Assembly (NCBI GenBank): GCA_963745835.1
Contig: CAVUZH010000016.1
Location: 416,001 to 480,000, forward strand
Source of the DNA: an uncultured delta proteobacterium
GTDB taxonomy: Bacteria; Desulfobacterota; Binatia; UBA9968
DNA: 64,000 bases
Direction: 5' to 3'
How positions within the stretch are numbered: the stretch's first letter is position 1; each line of letters begins with the position of its first letter. The position numbers and the translations under genes are program-made. Positions 30,151 through 40,993 of this stretch are shown here, piece after piece. The notes beneath the pieces were generated by a model, which had not been told where the DNA came from, ran no database searches, and was given only the letters and a program-made list of their open reading frames with translations.

Positions 30151-30972
30151 CTAGCGTTTTCGACCGTTACTGCGGGATCTTTTCATCGCGCGTTTGATCT
30201 TCGAGACAAAATCTGCGGCGGCTTGGGCCTTGGCCAAGCTCCCGCTGGCGCGCTCAATAGTTTCAACCAGTGCGCTGCCAATAACTACTGCATCGGCGAA
30301 TTCAACGATCCATGCGGCTTGCTGCGGGGTGGAAATGCCGAATCCAACACCGACTGGAATCGACGTCATCCGTCGCACTTGGGCTATCTGAGAACGCAGC
30401 TGCTCATCCAGGGATCGCCGCGCTCCAGTGACTCCGGTCACGGATACGTAGTAAATAAAACCGCGAGCCTTTCGAGCCACAAGTTCTAATCGCGCCTTGC
30501 CGCTGGCCGGAGACAAGAGAAAAATCAAGTCCATTCCTTCGGCGTCAGTCCACTGCTTCAACTCCTCGCCCTCTTCCGGCGGCAAGTCGACACAGAGAAC
30601 ACCGTCGGCTCCGGCTCGCGCCGACTGGCGGGAAAACTCTTCTAAGCCGAATCTAAAAAATGGATTGAAATAACCAAAGAGAATTACCGGAATCTCAGAA
30701 GTGGAGCGGAATCGCCGAAGCATTTGCAGGATCTGGGTGAGAGTAAGCTGATTTTTCAACGCGCGTTCGGACGCGCGTTGGATCGTAGGGCCGTCCGCAG
30801 TCGGATCGGAGAAAGGAATTCCCAGCTCGATGCAATCGGCTCCACCCGCTTCAAGGGCGCGCATGATTGCAAGCGTGGTCTGGAGATCCGGATCTCCGGC
30901 CGTGATAAACGGAATGAGCGCCGCTTCGTCGGCCTTTTTAAGCTCAGAGAATTTTTTTTGTATTCGACTCAT
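30151..30972 (-). CDS. trpA: Tryptophan synthase alpha
   Basis: ELGIPFSDPTADGPTIQ, GVTG, GFGIS. Confidence 0.97.
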   Translation of the reverse strand: MSRIQKKFSELKKADEAALIPFITAGDPDLQTTLAIMRALEAGGADCIELGIPFSDPTADGPTIQRASERALKNQLTLTQILQMLRRFRSTSEIPVILFGYFNPFFRFGLEEFSRQSARAGADGVLCVDLPPEEGEELKQWTDAEGMDLIFLLSPASGKARLELVARKARGFIYYVSVTGVTGARRSLDEQLRSQIAQVRRMTSIPVGVGFGISTPQQAAWIVEFADAVVIGSALVETIERASGSLAKAQAAADFVSKIKRAMKRSRSNGRKR

Positions 30973-31061
30973 CCTGAATCAAGTTGTTAGCTTGAGCTGA
31001 AAGCTTACTGCGCGGCGATTCTGCGGCGCTAAGATCTGTGGCAAGCACGATCCACGGGTGC

Positions 31062-32285
31062 CTACAACTTCACTCCCAGGTAATCTCCCACGGTGCCCAT
31101 ATCTTTATCACCCCTGCCGGATAAATTAACCAAGATTGTCTTACGTTTCCCTAATCGCGGCGCGAGCTGCATCACGGCAGCGATGGCATGAGCGCTTTCC
31201 AGCGCGGGGATGATTCCTTCAACCTGAGCGAGAAACTGGATCGCCTCCATCGCCGCGCGATCGGTCGCCGACGCAAACTCCACTCGACCCAGATCCTTGA
31301 AATAGCTCAGCTCGGGTCCGACGCCCGGATAGTCCAGTCCGGCAGCGATCGAATGGGTCTCGCGGATTTGTCCGGCATCATCTTGCAAGATGTAGCTCTT
31401 GCTGCCATGCAACACACCGACCTCGCCGCCAAGGACCGAGGCGGCGTGCTTGCCGCTTCTCAGCCCGCGTCCGGCTGCCTCGACACCGACCATACGCACA
31501 TTTCGATCGTTGACGAACGGGTAAAACAATCCCATGGAGTTGCTGCCGCCGCCGACGCATGCAACCAGGCAATCAGGGAGTCTGCCTTCCTGTTTCAATA
31601 TCTGCCGGCGCGCTTCTTGTCCGATCACCGACTGAAAATCGCGCACCATCATCGGGTATGGATGAGGGCCGGCCACGGAACCGATCAAGTAATACGTGTG
31701 GAAAACATTTGTCACCCAATCGCGCAACGCTTCGTTCATCGCGTCTTTCAAGGTCTTGCTGCCGGATTCGACGACGCGCACCTTCGCGCCAAGAAGCTTC
31801 ATCCGAAAAACGTTGAGCGACTGCCGAGCGACGTCTTCCTTTCCCATGAAAATTTCGCATTGCATGCCGAATCGCGCGGCTACGGTTGCGGTGGCGACGC
31901 CGTGCTGCCCCGCGCCGGTTTCCGCGATGATTCGGGCCTTTTTCATTCGCCGGGCCAGCAGAATCTGGCCGATGGTATTGTTGATCTTATGGGCGCCGGT
32001 GTGACAAAGATCTTCCCGTTTTAGATATATCTTGGCACCACCCAATTTCTCGGTGAGCCGTTCAGCAAAGTAGAGCGGAGTTTCCCGACCGGCATACTCC
32101 CGCAGGTGAAGATGAAACATTTTTCGAAAGATGGAGTCACGACGCGCCTTACCGTAAGCCGCTTCCAGCTCCATGAGAGCCGGCATCAGTGTTTCGGCGA
32201 CGTAGCGCCCGCCATATGGGCCAAAATGGCCGTGTCGGTCAGGCAGCTTCTTTAGCTGTGCGGATGAAGTGTTTGATTTTTTCAT
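31062..32285 (-). CDS. trpB: Tryptophan synthase beta
   Basis: [26 protein letters not shown]. Confidence 0.98.
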   Translation of the reverse strand: MKKSNTSSAQLKKLPDRHGHFGPYGGRYVAETLMPALMELEAAYGKARRDSIFRKMFHLHLREYAGRETPLYFAERLTEKLGGAKIYLKREDLCHTGAHKINNTIGQILLARRMKKARIIAETGAGQHGVATATVAARFGMQCEIFMGKEDVARQSLNVFRMKLLGAKVRVVESGSKTLKDAMNEALRDWVTNVFHTYYLIGSVAGPHPYPMMVRDFQSVIGQEARRQILKQEGRLPDCLVACVGGGSNSMGLFYPFVNDRNVRMVGVEAAGRGLRSGKHAASVLGGEVGVLHGSKSYILQDDAGQIRETHSIAAGLDYPGVGPELSYFKDLGRVEFASATDRAAMEAIQFLAQVEGIIPALESAHAIAAVMQLAPRLGKRKTILVNLSGRGDKDMGTVGDYLGVKL

Positions 32286-32868
32286 GATCCTTAAAACCGG
32301 GCCGAACCTCTACGCCGCTGCACACGTCAACGGCGTAGGGATGAAGCCGCCGAATAGCGTCGGCGACGTTGTCGAGATTTAGCCCGCCCGACAGAATGAT
32401 TTTTCCAGTATCGAATCCTTCCAACCATTCCCACGGAAATGACGCGCCGGAGCCGCCGTATCCGGCCGACCAAGAGTCGAGAAGGTAATAATCCGCAGGG
32501 AAGTCGTGAATCATCTCTAAAGAATGTTTATCTTTGAGCCGAAAAGCCTTGATCACTCGGATGCCCCAGCCACGGCAATCATCGGGACTCTCTTCGCCAT
32601 GGAATTGGACACCTTGATACCCGGATTGCCCGTCAGGCAGCGCGCTGTCAGCTAAAATTTGCCTGATCCGCTCTTTGGCCTCGTTGACGAACAATGCGAC
32701 ATTACATGACCTCGCCGGCAATTGGCGCACGATGGCGCAAGCCTCATCCGGGGCAAGATAGCGCGGGCTTGGCGGATAGAAATTAAAACCCAGCGCGTCG
32801 GCGCCATATTCCAACGCCTTCTCGGCATCCGCCAGATTTGTAATACCGCAGACTTTTACCTTAACCAT
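32239..32868 (-). CDS. trpF: Phosphoribosylanthranilate isomerase
   Basis: VKVCGIT, QFHGEE, LSGGL, DVCSGVE. Confidence 0.96.
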   Translation of the reverse strand: MVKVKVCGITNLADAEKALEYGADALGFNFYPPSPRYLAPDEACAIVRQLPARSCNVALFVNEAKERIRQILADSALPDGQSGYQGVQFHGEESPDDCRGWGIRVIKAFRLKDKHSLEMIHDFPADYYLLDSWSAGYGGSGASFPWEWLEGFDTGKIILSGGLNLDNVADAIRRLHPYAVDVCSGVEVRPGFKDHEKIKHFIRTAKEAA

Positions 32869-32924
32869 TGATGATGGGCCGATCTCATAGGCAATAGCAG
32901 ATTGCGGGCTGCTTTCTTACGAAT

Positions 32925-33705
32925 CTAGGATCGCAGCAACTCTTGAAGCTTCTCACCCGGACTGGGGGCGCGCATGAGAGATTCGCCGATCAGAAAGGTA
33001 TGGATGCCCCACCGTTCAACTTGCCTGATTTGTTCAGCGCCGTCGATACCGCTCTCACAAACAGTCAGAGTACCGGCGGGAACTCGCGATGCCAGCTTCT
33101 CCGTAGTTGCCAAGCTGACTTCAAAGGTCCTGAGATCCCGGTTGTTGATGCCGATTATTTCCGCGTCCGCCTGCAGCGCTTGCTCCAACTCTTCCTCATT
33201 GTGAACTTCGACCAGAGCTGTCCAGCGATAAAGCAGCCGCTGTTTCCCGCAGTTCGCGCAGAAGTGATGGCTCCAGCAATGCAGCAATCAGCAAGACTGC
33301 GTCGGCGCCATAACTTCGTGCCTCAGTCACCTGGTAGCGGTCGATGATGAAATCTTTTCGCAACAGCGGCACCTTAACCGCGGCTTTAATCTCTTCCAGG
33401 TATGTCAAACTGCCCTGAAAAAAACGCTCCTCGGTGAGCACCGAGATCGCACTGGCGCCATGATCGGCATAATCTCTGGCGATAACCACCGGACTGAAAT
33501 CGGCTCGAATCAAACCTTTCGAGGGTGAGGATCGTTTAATCTCTGCGATGATGCGCCGGCTAGGGCCATTCAGGCTCCGGGCAAAGCCCCTGGTCGGTTG
33601 ATGATACAATGGCCGCTCATGCAACGCCGCCAGCGGAGTTTGCTTTTGCCGATTTTCAACTACAGCGCGCACATGCTCGACAATGTTGGCGAGAAAGTCA
33701 GCCAT
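32925..33705 (-). CDS. trpC: Indole-3-glycerol phosphate synthase; 1-nt frameshift near 33219
   Basis: IAEIKRSSPSKG and LRKDF in one frame; LVEVH, GINNRDL, ESGI, GESLM in another. Confidence 0.95.
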
Positions 33706-33711
33706 AAGCCT

Positions 33712-34728
33712 TTATGCGGCGTTGGTCAGTTGCGCCAAGTGCTCGAGCTTTTGCCGCGCCTTTCCCGAATCGATGGAATCTGCCGCAACCCGGATGGCGT
33801 GTTCGAATGTCTCGGCTTTCCCGCTGACGTACAATGCTGCGCCACTGTTGAGTAGCACCACATCCCGCGCCGGGCCCTTCTCACCTTGGAAAACGCGCTT
33901 GATTATCGCGGCGCTCTCGGTGGCGCTGCCGGCGTGGAGAGCTTCCAGAGGATATATCTTGAAATTCAGCTTCTCCGGTTCGAGCGTATACTCTTTGACT
34001 TCGCCGTGGCGCAACTCGGCAATTTTTGTCGGGCCGCACAGCGATATCTCATCCAACCCCTCCATGCCATGAACCACCATGGCGCGCGCGCTGCCCAGAT
34101 TTCTTAACACGTGGGCGATCACCGAAACGAGCTCACCGTCGTAAACGCCGATCAATTGGTGGTTTGCCATAGCCGGGTTGGTGAGCGGCCCGAGCAAATT
34201 AAAGATCGTTCGTATACCGATATCGCGGCGCGGTTGCACGGCATATTTCATCGCTTCATGGAGCAACGGGGCGAACAAGAATCCAATGCCGATCTTTTGG
34301 ATACAGCTTTCAACGCATTCTCTGGGAGCATCGACTTTAACCCCCAATTCGGCGAGCACATCGGCGCTTCCCGACTGGCTCGACACCGAACGGTTGCCAT
34401 GTTTGGCAACATCGACTCCAGCTCCCGCCGCGACAAAGGCCGAAGCTGTCGATATATTGAAAGTGCCTTTTTGATCCCCGCCAGTGCCACAGGTGTCCAA
34501 CACAACTTTAGAACCGACTTGAACACGATGGGCCTTTTCGCGCATCACACGCGCCGCGCCGGTAATTTCTTCTACGGTCTCCCCTTTCATACGGAGCGCA
34601 GTGAGAAAGGATGCCACCTGCAAAGGTGTCGCCTCACCTGTCATAATCTGATTTATGACATCGACGGTTTCCTCTTCGGAAAGGTTATTGCGTTTGACCA
34701 CTCTCTCGATCGCTTCTCGGATATTCAT
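33712..34728 (-). CDS. trpD: Anthranilate phosphoribosyltransferase
   Basis: DTCGTGGD, KHGNRSVSS, GLDE. Confidence 0.97.
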   Translation of the reverse strand: MNIREAIERVVKRNNLSEEETVDVINQIMTGEATPLQVASFLTALRMKGETVEEITGAARVMREKAHRVQVGSKVVLDTCGTGGDQKGTFNISTASAFVAAGAGVDVAKHGNRSVSSQSGSADVLAELGVKVDAPRECVESCIQKIGIGFLFAPLLHEAMKYAVQPRRDIGIRTIFNLLGPLTNPAMANHQLIGVYDGELVSVIAHVLRNLGSARAMVVHGMEGLDEISLCGPTKIAELRHGEVKEYTLEPEKLNFKIYPLEALHAGSATESAAIIKRVFQGEKGPARDVVLLNSGAALYVSGKAETFEHAIRVAADSIDSGKARQKLEHLAQLTNAA

Positions 34729-34746
34729 AATCGCCTGGATCTTCAG

Positions 34747-35436
34747 TCATCTGCTCGTGGCAAACGCTTTGGCCAAGTGTTCCTTTCTTTTCAAAGACTC
34801 TTGTGTTTTCTCGGCCTCGTCACGTGACTCAAAACGGCCCACTCGAACCCGATACCAGACTCTCCCCTGATTGCGTGACTCAGATAAGTAGGCGTTGTAG
34901 CCTTTATCCCTGAGCCTATCAACCCAGGTTTTGGCGGACTTTTCATCCGGAAATGCGTTGACTTGAACAGTCCAGGGCTTGCTAGATTCTTTAGCATCAG
35001 CTTCAGCAGGCCGAGGTTTGCTGGCAGCCTGCGCGGTCTTGTCCTCAGCCCGTTTGGCCACTGATGCCACCTCTTGCTTAGCCGACAATCTAATTTCTCT
35101 GGAATCAGCTTTAGAGTTTTTCTCGGCTTTTTTGGCTTCTCGCGTTTCTTCTTCGGACCGGGCTTGCGCCGGAGCCGGCCTAGTCAAGGTGTCATAAAAC
35201 GTTATTTCCTCCTTCGAGGCAGCAGTCCCTGAGTTGGCCCCCTGCGTCGGCCTGATGGGAATTCTCATCGCCGGCTCGGCCGGTTTGACAATTTTCCGTT
35301 CTTCCGTCCCCTGTCCCACCAACATGCCCAAAAAGAAAACGATCATGGAAGCAACGCTAAAGCCGCAACCCAGCAGGAGGAACTGGCCGCGACTAAAGTA
35401 GAAGCGTTTATCCTTTCCCTTGCGATTCTCTGCCAT
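34747..35436 (-). CDS. SPOR domain-containing membrane protein
   Basis: N-terminal TM helix; C-terminal WTVQVNAF...WYRVRVG; follows argS. Confidence 0.9.
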   Translation of the reverse strand: MAENRKGKDKRFYFSRGQFLLLGCGFSVASMIVFFLGMLVGQGTEERKIVKPAEPAMRIPIRPTQGANSGTAASKEEITFYDTLTRPAPAQARSEEETREAKKAEKNSKADSREIRLSAKQEVASVAKRAEDKTAQAASKPRPAEADAKESSKPWTVQVNAFPDEKSAKTWVDRLRDKGYNAYLSESRNQGRVWYRVRVGRFESRDEAEKTQESLKRKEHLAKAFATSR

Positions 35437-35470
35437 AGATGCCTTTCCTTTGGGGATAAGGTGGCGATCG

Positions 35471-37159
35471 TCACCGTTCGAGGTCAGATCGCGAATTCAT
35501 CTTCATCGGAGCATCGATGCCCAATAAGGTCAGGCCGCGGCGAATGGTCAACTGGACCATGTGCGCCAACAACATGCGCGCCCGGGTCAACTCTCGATCT
35601 TCGGAGAGGATGCGAGTCCGATTGTAGTAGCGATGGAATTCTCCAGCTAAATCCAACAGAAAAAAAACCATGCGGTGCGGTTCGAGCTCTCGGACGCTCT
35701 CTTCCAGAACATCGTTGAATTGAGCCATTCGGCGGATGAGCTCGATCTCCTCAGCCAGTTGCAGCGGCTCCACCGCGATTGCCCCAAGATCTGCCGCATT
35801 CCAGACTATTCCGCTCCTGTGCGCCCGTTCGAAAATACTCGCGACGCGAGCGTGAGCGTACTGTACATAAAATACCGGATTCTCGCTCGACTGCTGCTTG
35901 GCTAGATCCAAGTCAAAATCGAGGTGACTATCGGCCTTGCGCATTAGAAAGAAGAAGCGCGCCGCATCTCGTCCTACTTCGTCCAAAACTTCCTGCAGCG
36001 CGACGAATTCTCCGGTGCGTTTACCCATGCGAACAGGTTCCCCAGCTCTGGTGAGTTGAACCATTTGCACGAGAACAACGCGCAAGATGCTGTCATCGTA
36101 ACCTAGTCCGCGCAGAGATGCCTTCAACCGCGGCACATAGCCATGGTGGTCGGCACCCCAGACGTTGATGAGTTTGCCAAAGCCGCGTTCGAGCTTATTG
36201 CGGTGGTAGGCGATATCCGCAGCAAAATAGGTGAGCTCACCATCGCTCTTAATCACCGTCCGGTCCTTATCGTCGCCAAAGGCGGTGGACTGAAACCATT
36301 CAGCGCCATCGTTGGAGTAAACCAAACCCCGGTCGCGCAACAAGCTAATTGACTCAGCGATCTCGCCTCGCTCTCGCATGGCTTTTTCGCTGAAAAAAGA
36401 GTCGAAGCGAATATCAAAAGCGCTCAACTGCTGCCGGATCATATGGAGCAGAGAATCGCCGCCATAGCGGCGAAAAAATTCTACTGCAGCTTCTCGGCTC
36501 TGGCTGAGAAACTTATCGCCGTGTTGATTCTTGATTTCCGCGGCAATGTCTTTGACATACTCGCCGGGGTAACCGCCTTCGGGAAGCTCCAATGTATCGC
36601 CGAATAGTTCGCGATATCGCGCATACACCGACAGCCCGAGATTCTCCATTTGATTGCCGGCGTCGTTGACGTAATACTCCCGCTCGACATTGAAGCCGGT
36701 GGCTTCATGCAACCGAGCCAGCACATCGCCGATCACCGCGACTCTTCCATGACCCACATGTAAGGGGCCGGTCGGATTTACGCTGGCAAATTCGATCTGA
36801 ACCTTCTTCCCATGTCCAAGATCCAGCTGTGCATCCTTACCAGCCACCAGATCGCGCACACGCTGGTAATAAAATTTTTTCGAAAAGGTAAAGTTTAAAA
36901 AACCGGGACCAGCAATGTCGATGCGCTGAAGTATCCCTTCCGGATCTTCGATATTCTTGGCGATAGCGTCGGCGATGAGTCTCGGCGGTTTCTTCGCTGT
37001 CTTTGCCCAGTGCATCGCAATGTTGGTCGCCAAATCGCCAAACTCCCGTTGTTTTGGCAGCTCAAAAACTAAAGGGGGGATTTCTGTCAGATTCAGATCT
37101 CCCGCCTTCGATGTCTTCTCGATGGCTCGGGTTAACAAACCCGCAAGGTGATTTCGCAT
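35471..37159 (-). CDS. argS: Arginine--tRNA ligase
   Basis: FGDLATN, GPGFLNF, SVNPTGPLHVGHGR, YVQYAHAR. Confidence 0.98.
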   Translation of the reverse strand: MRNHLAGLLTRAIEKTSKAGDLNLTEIPPLVFELPKQREFGDLATNIAMHWAKTAKKPPRLIADAIAKNIEDPEGILQRIDIAGPGFLNFTFSKKFYYQRVRDLVAGKDAQLDLGHGKKVQIEFASVNPTGPLHVGHGRVAVIGDVLARLHEATGFNVEREYYVNDAGNQMENLGLSVYARYRELFGDTLELPEGGYPGEYVKDIAAEIKNQHGDKFLSQSREAAVEFFRRYGGDSLLHMIRQQLSAFDIRFDSFFSEKAMRERGEIAESISLLRDRGLVYSNDGAEWFQSTAFGDDKDRTVIKSDGELTYFAADIAYHRNKLERGFGKLINVWGADHHGYVPRLKASLRGLGYDDSILRVVLVQMVQLTRAGEPVRMGKRTGEFVALQEVLDEVGRDAARFFFLMRKADSHLDFDLDLAKQQSSENPVFYVQYAHARVASIFERAHRSGIVWNAADLGAIAVEPLQLAEEIELIRRMAQFNDVLEESVRELEPHRMVFFLLDLAGEFHRYYNRTRILSEDRELTRARMLLAHMVQLTIRRGLTLLGIDAPMKMNSRSDLER

Positions 37160-37231
37160 GGGTGGCTTAATGGATTGATTTTCTTCCGCTCAGGCGGTGA
37201 CACGCCGCAGACGATGACTTAGCACGGCTCG

Positions 37232-37285
37232 ATTATACTGGGAAAGCGGTTGAAAAACACCGTTATAACGAACATTTATAACGGT
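37232..37285 (-). promoter_or_regulatory. Putative argS promoter: -10 TATAAT plus an adjacent perfect 10-bp inverted repeat
   Basis: TATAAT on the minus strand at 37232-37237; ACCGTTATAA-N7-TTATAACGGT at 37259-37285. Confidence 0.4.
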
Positions 37286-37377
37286 TTATCGGGCTTCAAG
37301 TCAACGAGAACCCTAGCTAACCGGAGCGCCAGCAAGGTTATGTCGATGCGCCGGATCGTCCGAGAGCGGCGCTTTAA

Positions 37378-37863
37378 CTATGTCGATTTACCTGAAGAAC
37401 TGTCGAACCTGTCCTCAAGTTCTCCAATGTAAGCCGCCAAGCTGTTTCCGGTCTGTTCTAAAGCTCCTCGCAAGTCGCGCTCGAGCTGATCCAATCTGGT
37501 TAACAGCAGAGATTTTGATTGCTCCATATCACCGGCCAACTTCTCTAACTCAGTCTCCAGTGAGGTTCGCAATTGATTGAAACGGGAGGTTTCGGCTTGC
37601 TCGGCCAATTCACGCTGCGACTGCAGTTCGCGTGCATGGCGGCGGCTCTCCAGGAGAACGGTTGATTGCAAATAGGTGATGTAAACGAGAAAGAGAAGAG
37701 TTAACAACGCTACGATCGCCAATAAAATCAACCCAAGAGGCGCTTCAACTGATGTAAATCCTAGAGAAAGCGCCGTCGGCGCTATAAAAGCGCTCCAATT
37801 TAGCGCCGAAAAAACCGCTATCAGGCCCAAGACAGCCAATATCATCAGCGTGCGCAAATACAT
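37378..37863 (-). CDS. LapA-family membrane protein
   Basis: Two TM helices with ALNW...LSLGF...PLGL, then coiled coil. Confidence 0.75.
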   Translation of the reverse strand: MYLRTLMILAVLGLIAVFSALNWSAFIAPTALSLGFTSVEAPLGLILLAIVALLTLLFLVYITYLQSTVLLESRRHARELQSQRELAEQAETSRFNQLRTSLETELEKLAGDMEQSKSLLLTRLDQLERDLRGALEQTGNSLAAYIGELEDRFDSSSGKST

Positions 37864-38062
37864 GAAGACCTCCTGACGGCTGCGCTCCCGTTAGACGCGC
37901 CTCAAGCCGCAGCTACCTTGAAGAATGCTCGATCAGCGTGACGCCGGAAAGTTCCAGAACAATGCTCCAGAACCTGAGATTGCGGTTCCGAAGGGGTCCC
38001 AGCTCGGGTTGGACTAACGAGAGAGCGGCCACTGCCCGAATACTCGGTGAAATGCCGCCGTT

Positions 38063-38953
38063 CTATGACTCTAATTCAGGCTTCCTCCCGGTGATAAGAT
38101 CGTAGACGTTGCAGGCGATTCCGGTGGCTTCGTAGCCATCCGTCCCCGTAGCTTGAGCGATTGAAAACATCTGATAGGCCAAAGCAACAAATGGCATGGG
38201 AACTTCCATCTGACGCGCCATGTCCAATCCGAATCCGACGTCTTTGGGCATCCATGATTTGCGCGGCTTGAATTTCCGGTTGACAACGATCTCGCAAATG
38301 CGATCGATAGCGACGGAGTTTTGCTGCGAATTTTTGAGCACGGTGCGAAAAGTTTCTTCGGAAAGTCCCCCCTTTTTTAGCCAGGCGGCAATTTCCACCA
38401 GACTCAAGTGCTGCACTGCGGCAAACATGGCCATAGCATTTTTCACCAGTTTGGCATTGCCGAGGTCGCCGACGTAGAGGACTTTATTACCCATGGCGTT
38501 AAATACCGGCTGATGTTCGTCAAACAACTCTTTAGAACCGGAAATCCATAACGAGAGAGTTCCTGCAGCCGCCGCTTCTTCGACCCCGCCGGCCGAGCCA
38601 TCGAGAACCGTCCAACCCTTTTGGGCCAGCTGATTAGCGACATCAACAATGGTTTTTTTGTCGATGCTGCTGAAGTCGATCCAGAGCTTGGTCCCACGGG
38701 TTGCCTGATGCAACCCGCCATTACCCAGACCGACGGCCTGCACCGCTTCGTTGTATGGCAGCATAGACATAACGATATCACAGGATTCGGCAACCGCTCT
38801 GGGTGATTCCTTGAACACCGCTCCCTGGCTTTCCAAGCTGCTACACTGCTCTCGGCGTAAATCATGAATCACCAACCGGTGTCCTGCCTTGATCAGATTA
38901 GCAGCCATACCACTGCCCATGCCGCCGGTTCCGATAAAGCCTAGTGTTTTCAT
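38063..38953 (-). CDS. 3-hydroxyisobutyrate dehydrogenase-family NAD(P) oxidoreductase
   Basis: GFIGTGGMG, IDFSS, AKLVKN, KD. Confidence 0.9.
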   Translation of the reverse strand: MKTLGFIGTGGMGSGMAANLIKAGHRLVIHDLRREQCSSLESQGAVFKESPRAVAESCDIVMSMLPYNEAVQAVGLGNGGLHQATRGTKLWIDFSSIDKKTIVDVANQLAQKGWTVLDGSAGGVEEAAAAGTLSLWISGSKELFDEHQPVFNAMGNKVLYVGDLGNAKLVKNAMAMFAAVQHLSLVEIAAWLKKGGLSEETFRTVLKNSQQNSVAIDRICEIVVNRKFKPRKSWMPKDVGFGLDMARQMEVPMPFVALAYQMFSIAQATGTDGYEATGIACNVYDLITGRKPELES

Positions 38954-38972
38954 TTAACCTCCCACAGCAAAT

Positions 38973-39359
38973 TCATTGGGCCTTCTCTGCGGAGACGAGT
39001 CGCACACCTTCGGGCCACAACACCAAAACTAGAGTATCACCGACAGCCCGCGGCGTGTGAACCGAATGTGCGTCAAGGTACACGACATCGCCTTTGTCGA
39101 ATCGGCCGCTTTCATCGTCGATCCTACCCTTCAACACGAGATAAAACTCTCCGCCCAGATGCTCATGCTTGACGAACGCATCCGCAGCGGCATCGGCGGC
39201 GATTCGATAAAGCACCAGTTCCCGTTTGCCCTCCTTCGCCAACCGGGCCATTGACAGGCCATTGCCGAAGTCGCGCCAGGATAAACGATTGATGCTATCT
39301 TCAACTAACTGGATGTCGACGATATCTTTAATCGATGTTCGAAAAACTGTCGTGCCCAT
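38973..39359 (-). CDS. Cupin (ChrR-like) protein
   Basis: HEHLGGEFYLVLKG...GD...HTP. Confidence 0.8.
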   Translation of the reverse strand: MGTTVFRTSIKDIVDIQLVEDSINRLSWRDFGNGLSMARLAKEGKRELVLYRIAADAAADAFVKHEHLGGEFYLVLKGRIDDESGRFDKGDVVYLDAHSVHTPRAVGDTLVLVLWPEGVRLVSAEKAQ

Positions 39360-39501
39360 GTTCCTTCCTGGGCTAAATAACATGCGGCTTGATCGAACGA
39401 AAGCGCATTGCGAGTGTCGCGCTGCGCATCAACTGGCCAAATTACCCAAATTGAATTTGATACATAGTCCTCGAAAACGGCCGGACAGCGTGCAGCTTCG
39501 A

Positions 39502-40101
39502 CTATTCGATCGCCCGATTCCATTCCTTGATCGCCGGGATCCCTTGATAATAACTGAGAATGTTCAGAGTCCCAGTATCAAGAAGAAAATGACGCCCAAC
39601 ACCCGCCGCGAATCCCAACCAGCGCGCCGCAACCACCCGCAGCAAGTGCCCGTGGGCGAAGAGCGCAACGTTTCCTTGCTGGCGACGCGCTTTGGCGATG
39701 ATGCGATCAGCACGGTCACCCACCTGCTCAGGTGTCTCGCCGCCCGGGGAGCCGTGGTCAAAGAGCAACCAGCCTGGGACCTTTTGGTGAATCTCACGTG
39801 ACGTCAATCCTTCGTATTCGCCGTAATTCCACTCCATCAGATCGTCATCGATCTCCGCGGCAGCGCCCAGTCCGCTAAGTTCACAGGTCTCCCTGGCGCG
39901 CTTAAGCGGGCTGGTTAGGACCATGACAAACCTCTGCTTGGCCAAAAATGGTTCCAGCCGCTTCGCCAGCATCCGGCCATTTTCCGTCAGCGGAAGATCG
40001 GTGATTCCGGTGTGCTGCCCGGTGAGGCTCCACTCCGTTTCGCCATGCCGGATGAGAAAGACCTGCTGGTTGTCTCTATTGATATTTTGGGTTGCCAGCA
40101 G
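39502..40101 (-). CDS. Histidine phosphatase (phosphoglycerate mutase family)
   Basis: LIRHGETEWS lies in frame upstream of the tracked ORF; SPLKRA, EWNYG, AHG; start is CTG or an indel-obscured ATG at 40129. Confidence 0.88.
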   Translation of the reverse strand: MLATQNINRDNQQVFLIRHGETEWSLTGQHTGITDLPLTENGRMLAKRLEPFLAKQRFVMVLTSPLKRARETCELSGLGAAAEIDDDLMEWNYGEYEGLTSREIHQKVPGWLLFDHGSPGGETPEQVGDRADRIIAKARRQQGNVALFAHGHLLRVVAARWLGFAAGVGRHFLLDTGTLNILSYYQGIPAIKEWNRAIE

Positions 40102-40221
40102 ATTACCCCTTGGTTCGAATTCGTCTCATGCGCCCTTGAAGCCATAGCGCGAGGAAGCGATCGGACTAAACAAATCCATTTCCCATGAGCGTTGATACGA
40201 CAGCAGCCGTATCTGTCTATT

Positions 40222-40650
40222 TTACGCTCTACCCTCCGGTCGCACGATTAAAGCCGAACAAGGCGCTTCCTTGATAGCGTGTTCGGCGGTGCCGCCTAAA
40301 AAAATTTGCTCCAGCGAGGTAGTTCCTTTGGTTCCCAACACGATGAGATCGGCGCGCCAATCACGCGCGCGATTGACGATCTCATCGAAGGCGCGCCCGC
40401 TGGCAACCTCAGTAGTGAGTGTCACCTTTTCGAGAGCCGACTGCGAGGACGCGACTAGCTGTTCGATCGCAGCGTTCGCCTTTTGAACGAATTCCACGGC
40501 GGCTTCCCCCGGCGCCGCCGGCCAGGCTTCAATCACATGAAGGAGATGCAAGGACGCCGAATGGACAGAGGCCATGTCAGCGGCGATGCGAAACGCCTCG
40601 AGTGAGTTGGGCGAGAAATCGACGGCGATCAATATTCGCTTGAATGGCAT
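40222..40650 (-). CDS. Universal stress protein
   Basis: ILIAVDFS, DLIVLGTKG, LGGTA, APCS. Confidence 0.93.
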   Translation of the reverse strand: MPFKRILIAVDFSPNSLEAFRIAADMASVHSASLHLLHVIEAWPAAPGEAAVEFVQKANAAIEQLVASSQSALEKVTLTTEVASGRAFDEIVNRARDWRADLIVLGTKGTTSLEQIFLGGTAEHAIKEAPCSALIVRPEGRA

Positions 40651-40993
40651 GATTGATCTCCTGTTCCTGCTTCAAAGTCTTAGTTACGTTAGCATACACA
40701 GAAACGAGCCGAGGAAGTAAGCAGGCTTACACTGAATGTCACGAGCTGCATCGATTGTGGGACAAAACGGGGCAACCTAGCCCCGCAAGAGCGCTCCATA
40801 AGTATATAAATCACGGTATCCGCTATTTCTATCCGTGTAATCAGATATCCGACCAAAGATATTAGACTTTTAACGGCTACTGTGATTTCGATATGTGGAT
40901 GCCTGCACAAGATGAGACCGACGGCTCCGAACAAACTTCGATGACAGAAAAACACACTGGCCAAGCACTAGCGACTGATGGAATCGTACAACC

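Noticed and set aside
31188-32024. 278-aa plus-strand ORF, and similar long ORFs at 34111-34827, 40877-41545, 48933-49685 and 61096-61749
   Set aside because: Antisense shadows of trpB, trpD, nhaA, ftsH and the transposase, with no recognisable motifs.
33196-33287. Programmed frameshift in trpC (likewise lptD)
   Set aside because: No slippery heptamer at the break and no precedent known to me.
37900-38060. Possible cobalamin riboswitch (contains GCCACTG)
   Set aside because: Other conserved B12-box elements are missing, and it is not upstream of a relevant gene.
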